The notes under the pieces: generated by a model | Told to the model about the DNA's origin: nothing | What the model saw: only the letters and a program-made list of their open reading frames with translations | The model's database searches: none | NCBI GenBank assembly: GCA_963792415.1 | Contig: CAWBVY010000006.1 | Coordinates: forward strand, 192,001 to 256,000 | DNA length: 64,000 nt | Source: Candidatus Deferrimicrobiaceae bacterium | Lineage (GTDB): Bacteria; Desulfobacterota; Deferrimicrobia; Deferrimicrobiales; Deferrimicrobiaceae | Direction: 5' to 3' | In this document: positions 1 to 8,622 of the stretch, piece by piece | Layout of the letters: each line of letters opens with the position of its first letter | How positions within the stretch are numbered: the first letter of the stretch is position 1 | Position numbers and translations under genes: made by a program

Positions 1-2
1 CG

Positions 3-3000
3 ATGGACCGGGAAGACCTCGAGATCACCGACCTCCCGGGCCTTCCCGCCCTGCAGCAGATGATGCTGGACGGGACGATGCGGAAGCCGAAAGGGGTCGC
101 GCTCGTACAGGCGGACCGGCAGGGAAGGACGGTCGCCGACTACGAGGAGGCGTTCCGGGGAGAGTCCGTCCAGGCGGCCGACCCGGCGGACCGGAAATTC
201 GTCGACGTGCGGATGGCGGGCGACATCGCGGTGGTCACGCTCACCCGTCCGGATGCGCTCAACGCATTGAGCGAGGAGCTCCTTGCGCAGTTCGCCGCCG
301 TCGTCCGCGAAGCGGGGACCCTCGGCACGATCGGCGGCCGGACCGTCAAGGCGATCGTCCTCACCGGTGCCGGCCGCGCGTTCGTCGCCGGCGCGGACGT
401 CAAGGAGTTCCACGGGAAAACCGCCGACGTCGTCGACGCCTTGGCGTGGAAGAACATCTCCGTCTTCACGGAACTCGAAAACCTGCCCCTCCCCGTCGTG
501 GCCCTGGTCGACGGGTTCGCGCTCGGTGGCGGCAACGAGCTCGCGATGAGCGCGCATTACCGGATCGTGACCGAGAACGCCCTCCTCGGGCAGCCGGAGG
601 TGAAACTCGGGATCATCCCGGGGTACGGCGGAATGCAGCGCCTCCCCCGCCTGATCGGTCCGCGCAAAGCGGCGGAGATCTGCGTCAACGGGGAACCGGT
701 GGACGGCGGCACCGCCGTGGCGCTCGGGTGGGCCGACGAATTCGTCCCCTCCTCCGCGGCACTGAAGCGCGCGGTCGCCGCGGCGCGCGAATTCGCCGCC
801 GGCGGGCGCCCCGTGCCTCGCCGCGACTGGAACGCCCTGGCCGCCGGCGGGAAGGAAGAGCTGTCGCTCCTCCTCGCCCGCCCGGAAGTCCGTGCCATCC
901 TCGACGCGCCGACACCGGAAAAGGAGTCCGCGGGAAATCTGCGCGCGGCGCGCCTCGCGGCCGCGAGGGACGCACTGCTGGCGATGCGGCACGGTTTCGA
1001 GCATGGGTTCGATGAGGGGTTGCGCAACGACGCCCGGAAGTTCGGCGCCGTCGCCGCCTCGCCCGGCGGCCAGGAATGGGTGGGCCGCTTCCTCGCGAAG
1101 GACGCCGCCCAATCGTCGTTCCTGACGCTCCTCCCCCCGGGCGAGCCGGTCGGAGAGAGGCGGCCCCCGATCACGAAGAAGGCCCCGGGCGACCGCCCCA
1201 TCTCCTTCGTCGAGATCCGGGAGATCGCGGCGATCCTCAAGGAAAAGATCTCCTCCGGCGGCGTGACCTCCCTGCCGAAAAAGATCCTTGGCGACCTGGT
1301 TTCGCTCCTCAAGGACCGCCCGGCTCCCGCGATCCTGGCGGAGATCGACCCGGAACGATCCGGAGCCGTCGGCCCCCGGATCGCCTCGCTCCTCCAGAGG
1401 GGGAAGATCTCCGTGCGGGTGGTCGACCTCGGAGCGGACGAAGGGTTCCGCCGTGAAAACGCCCGGCCGACGTGCGAAGTCCTGCTCGTGGAGAAGAACG
1501 GGGAGGTCCTCTGGGAGGGGAAGAAGCGGTTCCGTAGCGAACCGGGGGCGTTCCCGCGCGTATTTCTCCCGAAGGCCTTCCTCGAGCGGAACGTCGCCCG
1601 CCCCAACGTCGTGTACCAGGCGATCGTCCACCCGATCCTCGAATACGTGTTCGGCTACCCGCACATGATCGCGGTCCTCTGCGAGTCGGGGTACAACGCG
1701 ACCCCCCGTGAAGGGGCCGGAAGCCTGAGCGACCTGAACCGGTACATCGCCGAAGGGGCCGGGAAGGACCGCGACTTCCCCTACTTCGACCGGATCCTCG
1801 TGGACGTCTACGAGCCGGAAGATTTCAGGAAGGAGGACCTGGCCAACTTTTTCAACGGCGACGAGGCGAAGGTCGGGGCCGTCCTTGCGCGGGCGCGGGA
1901 GATGGGGATCCGGTACCGTGAACGGGTCGCGGAGATCCGGGAGAGGGTGCGGGGAGAGATCGCAGCGGAACAGGTCGTCGCGGGGCGCGCGGCCCTCGAC
2001 GAGGGAGACGCCGAGCGGGCGCTTCACCTCCTCCGCAACCTGGTCCTCTCATCGGAAACGCCGTCGCCGCACCGGGAAGCGGCGGCGGACGCGATCGCCG
2101 TGGCCATCCGTTCCTACGCCCTCGGAGCCGATCCCGCGTTCGAGGGAGTGACCGTCGCCGACGGCGGGGTGGCCGTGGAAAGTTGGGCGGGCCCGCGGGC
2201 TCGCGATCTTTCCCGGCTGCTCTCCCTCGCCCTGTCCCTCGCACGAACCCCCGCCGGGAATGGTCCAAGGATCGGGGAATCGGTCGCGGACGGACCCGTC
2301 CCCCGCGTCGTCCACGTCGTCGGGGAACTCGAGCGACCCTCCGGGAAGTTCATCGACGGGAACGACGGCCTGCACTGGGTGTTCGAGAAGGGGTTCGTTC
2401 TCCGCCTTCTGTCCGGGATGGCCGAGGGAACCCTGGACGACGGGATTCCCGCGCTCCTCGCGTGCCGCCTCCTGAGGGACGCCTCCTTCCCGGACGAGAG
2501 ACTCTCGATCGAGCGGCAGTTCTCCGCCGCCGTCAAGGGGACCCTCGAGGCGTACCGCTTCTACCAGTCGCTCCCGGACGGGACGCGGAAGCAGATGGCG
2601 GAAACGTACGCGCGGCATCCCCCGGCCGACCCGCTTTTCCGTCTTTTCGCCTCGCTGGAGACGGAGGGGAATCCCGCACGCGCCAGCCACATGATCCGCA
2701 GCATGACGGCCCGAACCCACTCCTATCGGCACGTCCGGTACCCGGACACCGCCCTCGCGGGAAAGGTGGTCGTGATCACCGGGGGCGGCACGGGGATGGG
2801 ACGCAGCCTCGCCCTCGAGGCGGCGCGGCGCGGTGGAAACGTCGTCATCACCGGCCGGCGGCACGAACCGCTCCTGGAAACGAAGGCCGACATGGACGAC
2901 CTCATCCGCCACCTCGGTCTCACGAACCAGACCCTCTTCGTGCAGGGCGATGTGTCCGATCCGAAATACGTCGGGGACATGTTCGAGCGGATCGAGGTGG

Positions 3001-6000
3001 AGTTCGGCCGCATCGACGTTCTGTACAACAACGCCGGCGTCTCGGGCCCGGTGGTGTTCGGCTCCGCGTACGAGGAGGGCCATTTCGACGAGTACCGGGA
3101 GGCGGTCAACGTCCACCTCACCGGTTCCTGGATGGCGTCGCTCGAGGCGGCAAGGATCATGGAGGGGCAGCCGGGCGGCGGGACGATCGTCATGGTGGGA
3201 ACCTTCTACAGCGAGAGCATCCACCACCACGTCCTGCACGCCTACCCCGGTCGCCTCCCGTACACCTCCGCGCAGTCCGCCAAACTCGCCCTCGGGGATT
3301 ACCTCGCGTGGGCGCTCGCGGGAAAAACGATCACCGTGCTCTCCCTGAACCCGTCGGCGGTCTCCACGGAGCGGATCCAGCGGGGAAGCGGCGTCTTCGA
3401 CAAGGGATCGAAGGCGCGCGCCCGCATCGGTCGCAACGTCCCCCCGGAGGCGCTGGAGCGGGACACCCTCGAACGGACGGTGGGGCACGCCTTCGTCGAT
3501 CCCCGGGACTTCGCCGCCCTCGCGCTCGAGGTCGTCGAAGGGCCGTTCCGGAGGACGATCGGCGGGGTCCGTCTCCCGATGGGCGGCGTCACCTACGAGC
3601 AGCCGCCCGGCGTCTTCCCCTCCCCCGCCGCGCTCTCGCGGTATCCCGACCTGGTCGGCAAGGTCGCGCTGGTCATCGTCGCGGAAGCGCTGTCGGGCGA
3701 CGTTCCCCTGATCGAGTCGTCCGCGGCCGCGCTTGCGAGGTCCGGCGCCGACGTGATCCTCTCCGGCGGCCGGCCCGAAATCCTCGAGCCGGTCGCCCTG
3801 AAGATCAACGCGCGTGGCGGGGAAGGAACCGCCACGGTCTCCCCCGTCAACCTCTCCCACCCCGCCCAGGTGCAGGAACTGTTCGACAGCCTGCCGCGTA
3901 TCGACGCCCTCCTGTATTTCACCGGGAGCGTGGACTGGAAACGACCGCTGACGAACCTGCCGCACGACGAATGGACCGCGCGCGTCGACCGTTTCGGCTT
4001 GATCCCCCGGTTCCTCTGCTGGCAGGCGGAGCGGCGGATGGACCGGGACGGGACGGACGGGACCATCGTCCTGGTGGGACCGGATCTCTCCGGTGTCCCG
4101 ACGATCCGGGAGCGGAACCTCGTGCAGGTCTTCCAGGCGATGCTGCGCCCGGCGGTGGCGACCGAAGCCATGGAACGCGCGCTGATGCGAAAGGCGAACA
4201 CCGAAGGGACCGCGCCCGGCCCCGTGGCGAACGTGAATATCGGGCTCGTTCTTCCGGGTCGCACCGACGGGAGGAACCGGCAGGCCCGCCCCGAAGCGAC
4301 CGCCGCCTCCGTCCTCTGGTTCCTCGACGAAGGCAAGCGCGTCTCGGGGGCGGTTCTCCTGCCCGACGAGCAGAACGCGGTCGCTTCCCTGCCCCCCGAC
4401 CCGGTGGAAGTTCCGGGTACGGCATCGGGAAAGGTGGCCGTCGTAACGGGGGGAACCCGCAACCTCGGGAAGGAGATCTCCCTTCGGCTGGCGGCGGAGA
4501 AGGCGACGGTCATTATCGGAAGCCGGTATCCGCCGACGGGATCGCGGGATCCCGTGGAGGCCGAAAAGGCGCATGGGGAGTTCGCGGAGGCCGACGCTTT
4601 CCTGACGCGCATGCGACATTCCGGCGGACGCGCCGTGTGGGTGCACACGGACGTCACGATGCCCAGGAAAGTGCGTGCGTTGCTTCTTGAGGCACGAAAC
4701 CGGTTCGGCCGCATCGACCTGCTGGTGAACAACGCCGGCGCGGGCGGAAACTTCTCGCGGGTCGGGGAAGTGATGCGGGATCACCGCGACAATTTTACCG
4801 CGGTCCTCGCCGCGAACTTTCTGGGGCCCTGGGAGGCGGTCGTCGCCGCGCGGGAGATATTGCGTACCCAACCTCGCGGGGGCTCGATCGTCAACGTCTC
4901 GACCCATTACGCCGATCACCCGTACCTCTTCCGGACGATCTACACGGTGTCGAAAATTCTCTTGAAGGCGCTGTCAAAGGCCGCGCGCGGGGATCTGGCG
5001 GCCGACGGAATCTCCGTCACCGACGTCGCGCCGACGCTCATCGCCGGCCCGCGGATGGAGTGGGTGATGCGGAACTACGCCACGAAGTTCTCCGGCGGGT
5101 TCGACGATTTCCCGGACCTTTCCCCCGCCGTGCGCAAGGTTCTCACGGATCTTTTCCTCCGTTCCTTCGACGGCGCCCTGCCCGCGGGGGAGCGGGAAAC
5201 GGCCTCGACATCGTTCCTCGCCGCCCTCCGGGCCCGGAAGATGCCGAAAGAAGCGCGCGAACGGATCGAGTCGTGGTACCGGCGGATCGGTGAATGGTTC
5301 CGCTGCACGGTTCCCGCGGCCCCGCCCGGGAACGGGGAGGTGGCGGAGGCGGTGCTGTTCGCCGCCAAGGACGGGCGTTTCCTCGAAAATCCGTTCCTCT
5401 CGATCACCACCCTCCCCCCCTTCTCCTCGTTCCCGCCGTCGCCGGGGGCCAGGAAGGTCCTCTCCGGCGGCGAACCGGGCACGATCGTGTCCACCGGAGT
5501 CGCCGAGGCGGCGCACCGCCGCCTGCACGAGGCGCTCTCCGGGAAGGGGACCGCGCTGACGTCGCTGTCGGACGCCGGCTTGCCCGAGGGGCAGGCGCGG
5601 ATCGGCCGACCTTCCGGGCAGGCACCCGGACAAGGCGCCCGGGGCCGCGCGCAGGAGACGCAGCAGCGCACCCTCGACCTGTCCGATCCCCGCGTCGTCG
5701 AGCCGTGGCTCGACAACGCGCTCGTCGGCGGGCCGCCACCGACGTTCGTCGTTCTGATCGTCGGTCCCAGGGCGGGGGAAAAAGGGGTCCTCGACGGGAC
5801 CGGGGAAGATCGCCGGCAGTTCCTCGAAAGCGTCAAAAAAACCGTCACCCTGTTCGCCGAGTCCGCGCGCGCGGTGCGCGACGGTGGTCACCTCGTCGTC
5901 GTCGGGCCTCCGGAAACGACGGGAGAGGGGCAACTGATGCTGGCCGCGTTGCGGCAGACCGTCCGGACCTTCCTCGCCGAGCAGCACTTCCTCCCCGCGG

Positions 6001-6140
6001 CGAAAACCGTTCGCGTCTCCCTACTCGCCGGGCGCGGCCCTGGGGCGGAGCGGGAGACGGAGCGCGAGGTACTCGCGATCCTCGAAGGGGCGCAGCCCCC
6101 TCGTGTCGAACCTCTCCCGGTGGGGTACCCCCGCCCTTAG
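3..6140 (+). CDS. Giant multidomain acyl-CoA enzyme, probably 5'-partial: MDR/enoyl-CoA reductase-like C-terminal tail + enoyl-CoA hydratase + unknown insert + four SDR domains (malonyl-CoA reductase-like)
   Basis: Crotonase motifs AFVAGADVKE and GFALGGGNELA...GQPEVKLGIIPGYGG. SDR motifs TGGGTGMG/NNAGVSG/YPGRLPY (~2750-3600) and TGGTRNLG/NNAGAGG/YLFRTIYTVSK (~4420-5400), each followed by a degenerate Rossmann fold. Confidence 0.85.
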   Translation: MDREDLEITDLPGLPALQQMMLDGTMRKPKGVALVQADRQGRTVADYEEAFRGESVQAADPADRKFVDVRMAGDIAVVTLTRPDALNALSEELLAQFAAVVREAGTLGTIGGRTVKAIVLTGAGRAFVAGADVKEFHGKTADVVDALAWKNISVFTELENLPLPVVALVDGFALGGGNELAMSAHYRIVTENALLGQPEVKLGIIPGYGGMQRLPRLIGPRKAAEICVNGEPVDGGTAVALGWADEFVPSSAALKRAVAAAREFAAGGRPVPRRDWNALAAGGKEELSLLLARPEVRAILDAPTPEKESAGNLRAARLAAARDALLAMRHGFEHGFDEGLRNDARKFGAVAASPGGQEWVGRFLAKDAAQSSFLTLLPPGEPVGERRPPITKKAPGDRPISFVEIREIAAILKEKISSGGVTSLPKKILGDLVSLLKDRPAPAILAEIDPERSGAVGPRIASLLQRGKISVRVVDLGADEGFRRENARPTCEVLLVEKNGEVLWEGKKRFRSEPGAFPRVFLPKAFLERNVARPNVVYQAIVHPILEYVFGYPHMIAVLCESGYNATPREGAGSLSDLNRYIAEGAGKDRDFPYFDRILVDVYEPEDFRKEDLANFFNGDEAKVGAVLARAREMGIRYRERVAEIRERVRGEIAAEQVVAGRAALDEGDAERALHLLRNLVLSSETPSPHREAAADAIAVAIRSYALGADPAFEGVTVADGGVAVESWAGPRARDLSRLLSLALSLARTPAGNGPRIGESVADGPVPRVVHVVGELERPSGKFIDGNDGLHWVFEKGFVLRLLSGMAEGTLDDGIPALLACRLLRDASFPDERLSIERQFSAAVKGTLEAYRFYQSLPDGTRKQMAETYARHPPADPLFRLFASLETEGNPARASHMIRSMTARTHSYRHVRYPDTALAGKVVVITGGGTGMGRSLALEAARRGGNVVITGRRHEPLLETKADMDDLIRHLGLTNQTLFVQGDVSDPKYVGDMFERIEVEFGRIDVLYNNAGVSGPVVFGSAYEEGHFDEYREAVNVHLTGSWMASLEAARIMEGQPGGGTIVMVGTFYSESIHHHVLHAYPGRLPYTSAQSAKLALGDYLAWALAGKTITVLSLNPSAVSTERIQRGSGVFDKGSKARARIGRNVPPEALERDTLERTVGHAFVDPRDFAALALEVVEGPFRRTIGGVRLPMGGVTYEQPPGVFPSPAALSRYPDLVGKVALVIVAEALSGDVPLIESSAAALARSGADVILSGGRPEILEPVALKINARGGEGTATVSPVNLSHPAQVQELFDSLPRIDALLYFTGSVDWKRPLTNLPHDEWTARVDRFGLIPRFLCWQAERRMDRDGTDGTIVLVGPDLSGVPTIRERNLVQVFQAMLRPAVATEAMERALMRKANTEGTAPGPVANVNIGLVLPGRTDGRNRQARPEATAASVLWFLDEGKRVSGAVLLPDEQNAVASLPPDPVEVPGTASGKVAVVTGGTRNLGKEISLRLAAEKATVIIGSRYPPTGSRDPVEAEKAHGEFAEADAFLTRMRHSGGRAVWVHTDVTMPRKVRALLLEARNRFGRIDLLVNNAGAGGNFSRVGEVMRDHRDNFTAVLAANFLGPWEAVVAAREILRTQPRGGSIVNVSTHYADHPYLFRTIYTVSKILLKALSKAARGDLAADGISVTDVAPTLIAGPRMEWVMRNYATKFSGGFDDFPDLSPAVRKVLTDLFLRSFDGALPAGERETASTSFLAALRARKMPKEARERIESWYRRIGEWFRCTVPAAPPGNGEVAEAVLFAAKDGRFLENPFLSITTLPPFSSFPPSPGARKVLSGGEPGTIVSTGVAEAAHRRLHEALSGKGTALTSLSDAGLPEGQARIGRPSGQAPGQGARGRAQETQQRTLDLSDPRVVEPWLDNALVGGPPPTFVVLIVGPRAGEKGVLDGTGEDRRQFLESVKKTVTLFAESARAVRDGGHLVVVGPPETTGEGQLMLAALRQTVRTFLAEQHFLPAAKTVRVSLLAGRGPGAERETEREVLAILEGAQPPRVEPLPVGYPRP

Positions 6141-6141
6141 G

Positions 6142-7095
6142 TCAGACGTGGTTCCGCAGCATCAGTTCCACGGGGTGCGGGTTCAGGAACACCTGCCGGG
6201 CGAGGTAGGCAACGTCGTACTTGCGGACGTAATGACGGATCAGGGTGACGGGGACGACCAGCGGGACGAGCCGAAGGCGGTACTGGTTGATGACCTCTAT
6301 CATCTCCTGTTTTTCAGCACTTGACAGCATCTTCCTGAAGTATCCCATCATATGCGACAAGACGTCGGCGCACTTCTTCGGCGTCGCCTTGTGCGCCAGC
6401 GCCGCCATGAAGATCTCCTCGTATCTTGAATAGAGTGTCCCGAGGGGAAGGGTCTTCGCACCGGCGACAAGTCGACCCATCTCCTCGTAGTGCCCCCGGT
6501 CGTGGGAGAGAAGGAGGAGTTTGTGGTCCGTGTGGAAATCCACGAGCGCCCCGCGGGAGAGGGGGCGGGCGAGCAGGTCGCGGAAGCGCCGAAGGCAGAA
6601 GACCCGCTCGACGAACATCTCCCGTAGCACCGGGTCGGTAAGACGCCCCTCCTCCTCTACCGGGATCCTCGGGAATCGCTCCAGAAACATCCGGGTGAAG
6701 ACCCCGGCTCCCGTCCGCGCCGGGATTCCGTCGCCGGCCCCGTACACCTTCACCCGCTCCATTCCGGAACTCGGGGAATCCTTTTTGCAGATGTAACCGC
6801 ACAGGTCCAGGCCGGACAGTTCTTCCAGGCGGGCCTTTGCCCACCGCTCCATCTTTTCCGTGTGATCGACCCCGGTCCTGTTCGTGACCAGGCGCGGGTG
6901 GATCGGATCCCCTACGAGTCGCATCGCCTCGCGCGGGACGGGAAGCCCGCAGTCGACCTCCGGGCAGACCCGCACCCACTCGACAAAGGGGCCCAGCGTC
7001 TCGTTCAGGAAGAGGTCCCGCTTGTGCCCGCCGTCGTAGCGTACCTTCTCCCCCAGAAGACAGGCGCTGACGAGGACCTTGATCCGTTCCGTCAT
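6142..7095 (-). CDS. DUF523/DUF1722 (YbgA/RudS-like, thiouracil desulfidase-related) protein
   Basis: N-terminal VSACLLGEKVRYDGGHK, VCPEV and SPSSG motifs; C-terminal YbgA-like FHTDHKLLLLSH...HMMGYF...YLARQVFLNPHP. Confidence 0.85.
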   Translation of the reverse strand: MTERIKVLVSACLLGEKVRYDGGHKRDLFLNETLGPFVEWVRVCPEVDCGLPVPREAMRLVGDPIHPRLVTNRTGVDHTEKMERWAKARLEELSGLDLCGYICKKDSPSSGMERVKVYGAGDGIPARTGAGVFTRMFLERFPRIPVEEEGRLTDPVLREMFVERVFCLRRFRDLLARPLSRGALVDFHTDHKLLLLSHDRGHYEEMGRLVAGAKTLPLGTLYSRYEEIFMAALAHKATPKKCADVLSHMMGYFRKMLSSAEKQEMIEVINQYRLRLVPLVVPVTLIRHYVRKYDVAYLARQVFLNPHPVELMLRNHV

Positions 7096-7817
7096 TTTTC
7101 CACTCCCGCATCCGCTCCAAGGTAGGCGGCCCGGACCTTCGGATCCTCCCTCAGGTCGGACGCCTTCCCCTCGAGGGCGATCTCCCCCGCCTCGAGGACG
7201 TAGGCGCGGTCCGCGATGGCGAGGGCCATGGAGGCGTTCTGTTCGACGAGGAGGATCGTCGTTCCCGCCTTGTTGATCTCCCCGATCATCCGGAAGATCT
7301 CGCTCACCAGCACGGGGGACAATCCCATGGACGGCTCGTCGAGAAGGAGCAGGTCGGGCCGCTGGACGAGGCCCCTCCCGATGGCCAGCATCTGCTGCTC
7401 CCCTCCGGACAAGGTCCCGGCAAGCTGGCGCGTGCGTTCGGCCAGGCGGGGGAAAAGACCGAAGACCCGTTCAAAGCTCTCCTCCATCTCTTTTCCGGAG
7501 GAGCGGGTGTACCCCCCCATCTCGAGGTTCTCCCGGACGCTCATGTTGGCGAAGACGCCGCGACCCTCAGGGACATGAGCGATCCCCAGGCGCGCGATCC
7601 GATGGGACGGGAGACCCGCGATCGATTTCCCGTCGTGTGCGATGCTCCCCGCTTCGGTACGGACGACGCCGGAGATTGCCCGAAGGATGGTGCTTTTCCC
7701 TGCCCCGTTCGCACCGATCAGGGTGACGATCTCCCCTTTTCCGACGATGAAGGACACATTGCGGATCGCCTGGACCGATCCGTAATAAACGCTTATAGAA
7801 TCCACGTTTAACAGCAT
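7092..7817 (-). CDS. livF: Branched-chain amino acid ABC transporter ATP-binding protein
   Basis: Walker A GANGAGKST, HVPEGRGVF, LSGGEQQMLA, LLLDEPSMGL. Confidence 0.93.
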   Translation of the reverse strand: MLLNVDSISVYYGSVQAIRNVSFIVGKGEIVTLIGANGAGKSTILRAISGVVRTEAGSIAHDGKSIAGLPSHRIARLGIAHVPEGRGVFANMSVRENLEMGGYTRSSGKEMEESFERVFGLFPRLAERTRQLAGTLSGGEQQMLAIGRGLVQRPDLLLLDEPSMGLSPVLVSEIFRMIGEINKAGTTILLVEQNASMALAIADRAYVLEAGEIALEGKASDLREDPKVRAAYLGADAGVEK

Positions 7818-7833
7818 TCTGTCACCATATTTC

Positions 7834-8622
7834 TTATTTCTTATCTCTTGTCGCAGTCGTATCGTCCCTTTTCCCGAGGTACGCCTCGACCACCTTCGGA
7901 TTCCTCCGGATCTCCGCGGGAAGACCCCGGGCGATCACCTGTCCGAAGTCCATCACGATCAGCCGTTCACAGATCCCCATCACCAGGCGCATCTGGTGCT
8001 CGATCAGCAAAACGGTCAAGGAGAAGCGTTCCCGGATCCGGAGGATGAACTCCATCAGCGTGCCCACCTCGGAGGGGTTCATCCCCGCCGCGGGCTCGTC
8101 CAGGAGGAGGATCTTCGGGCGCGATGCGAGCGCGCGGGCGATCTCCAGTTTTCGCTGGTCGCCGTACGGGAGGTTCCTGGCGAGCTCCTTCCCGCGACCC
8201 TGGAGGGAAAAGATCGAAAGAAATTCCTCCGCCTCTTCCCGTGTCCGCCTCTCCTCCCGGTAGAACGCCCCGGTCCGGAGAAGCGCCGCGGCGGCCCCGT
8301 ACCGGACGTGCGAGTGGTGAGCGATCCGCACGTTGTCGACGACCGTCAGCTCCGGGAAGAGGCGGATGTTCTGAAAGGTCCGCGCGATCCCGCGGCGGGA
8401 GATCTGGTCCGACGGGAGCCCCGTGATCTCACCCCCCTCCAGCGAGACGGCGCCGCGGTCGGGGCCGTAGATGCCTGTGATGACGTTGAACAACGTGGTC
8501 TTTCCGGAACCGTTGGGGCCGATGATCCCCACGAGCTCGCCCCGCCCGAGGCGGAAATCGACCCCGTCGAGGGCCTTGATCCCCCCGAAGTGCCGGGTAA
8601 GCCCCTGGACCTCGAGGATCAC
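7834..8622 (-). CDS. livG: Branched-chain amino acid ABC transporter ATP-binding protein
   Basis: GPNGSGKTT, ARTFQNIRLF, LPYGDQRKLEIARALA, LLLDEPAAG; GTG start at 8622 overlaps the livM stop (GTGA). Confidence 0.92.
   Translation of the reverse strand: MILEVQGLTRHFGGIKALDGVDFRLGRGELVGIIGPNGSGKTTLFNVITGIYGPDRGAVSLEGGEITGLPSDQISRRGIARTFQNIRLFPELTVVDNVRIAHHSHVRYGAAAALLRTGAFYREERRTREEAEEFLSIFSLQGRGKELARNLPYGDQRKLEIARALASRPKILLLDEPAAGMNPSEVGTLMEFILRIRERFSLTVLLIEHQMRLVMGICERLIVMDFGQVIARGLPAEIRRNPKVVEAYLGKRDDTTATRDKK

Noticed and set aside
2049-4919. Long antisense and alternate-frame ORFs (e.g. 956 aa here, 1072 aa at 44036-47254, 617 aa at 32918-34771)
   Set aside because: These are shadow ORFs typical of high-GC DNA. 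They are Arg/Pro/Gly-rich, have no motifs and overlap well-supported genes.
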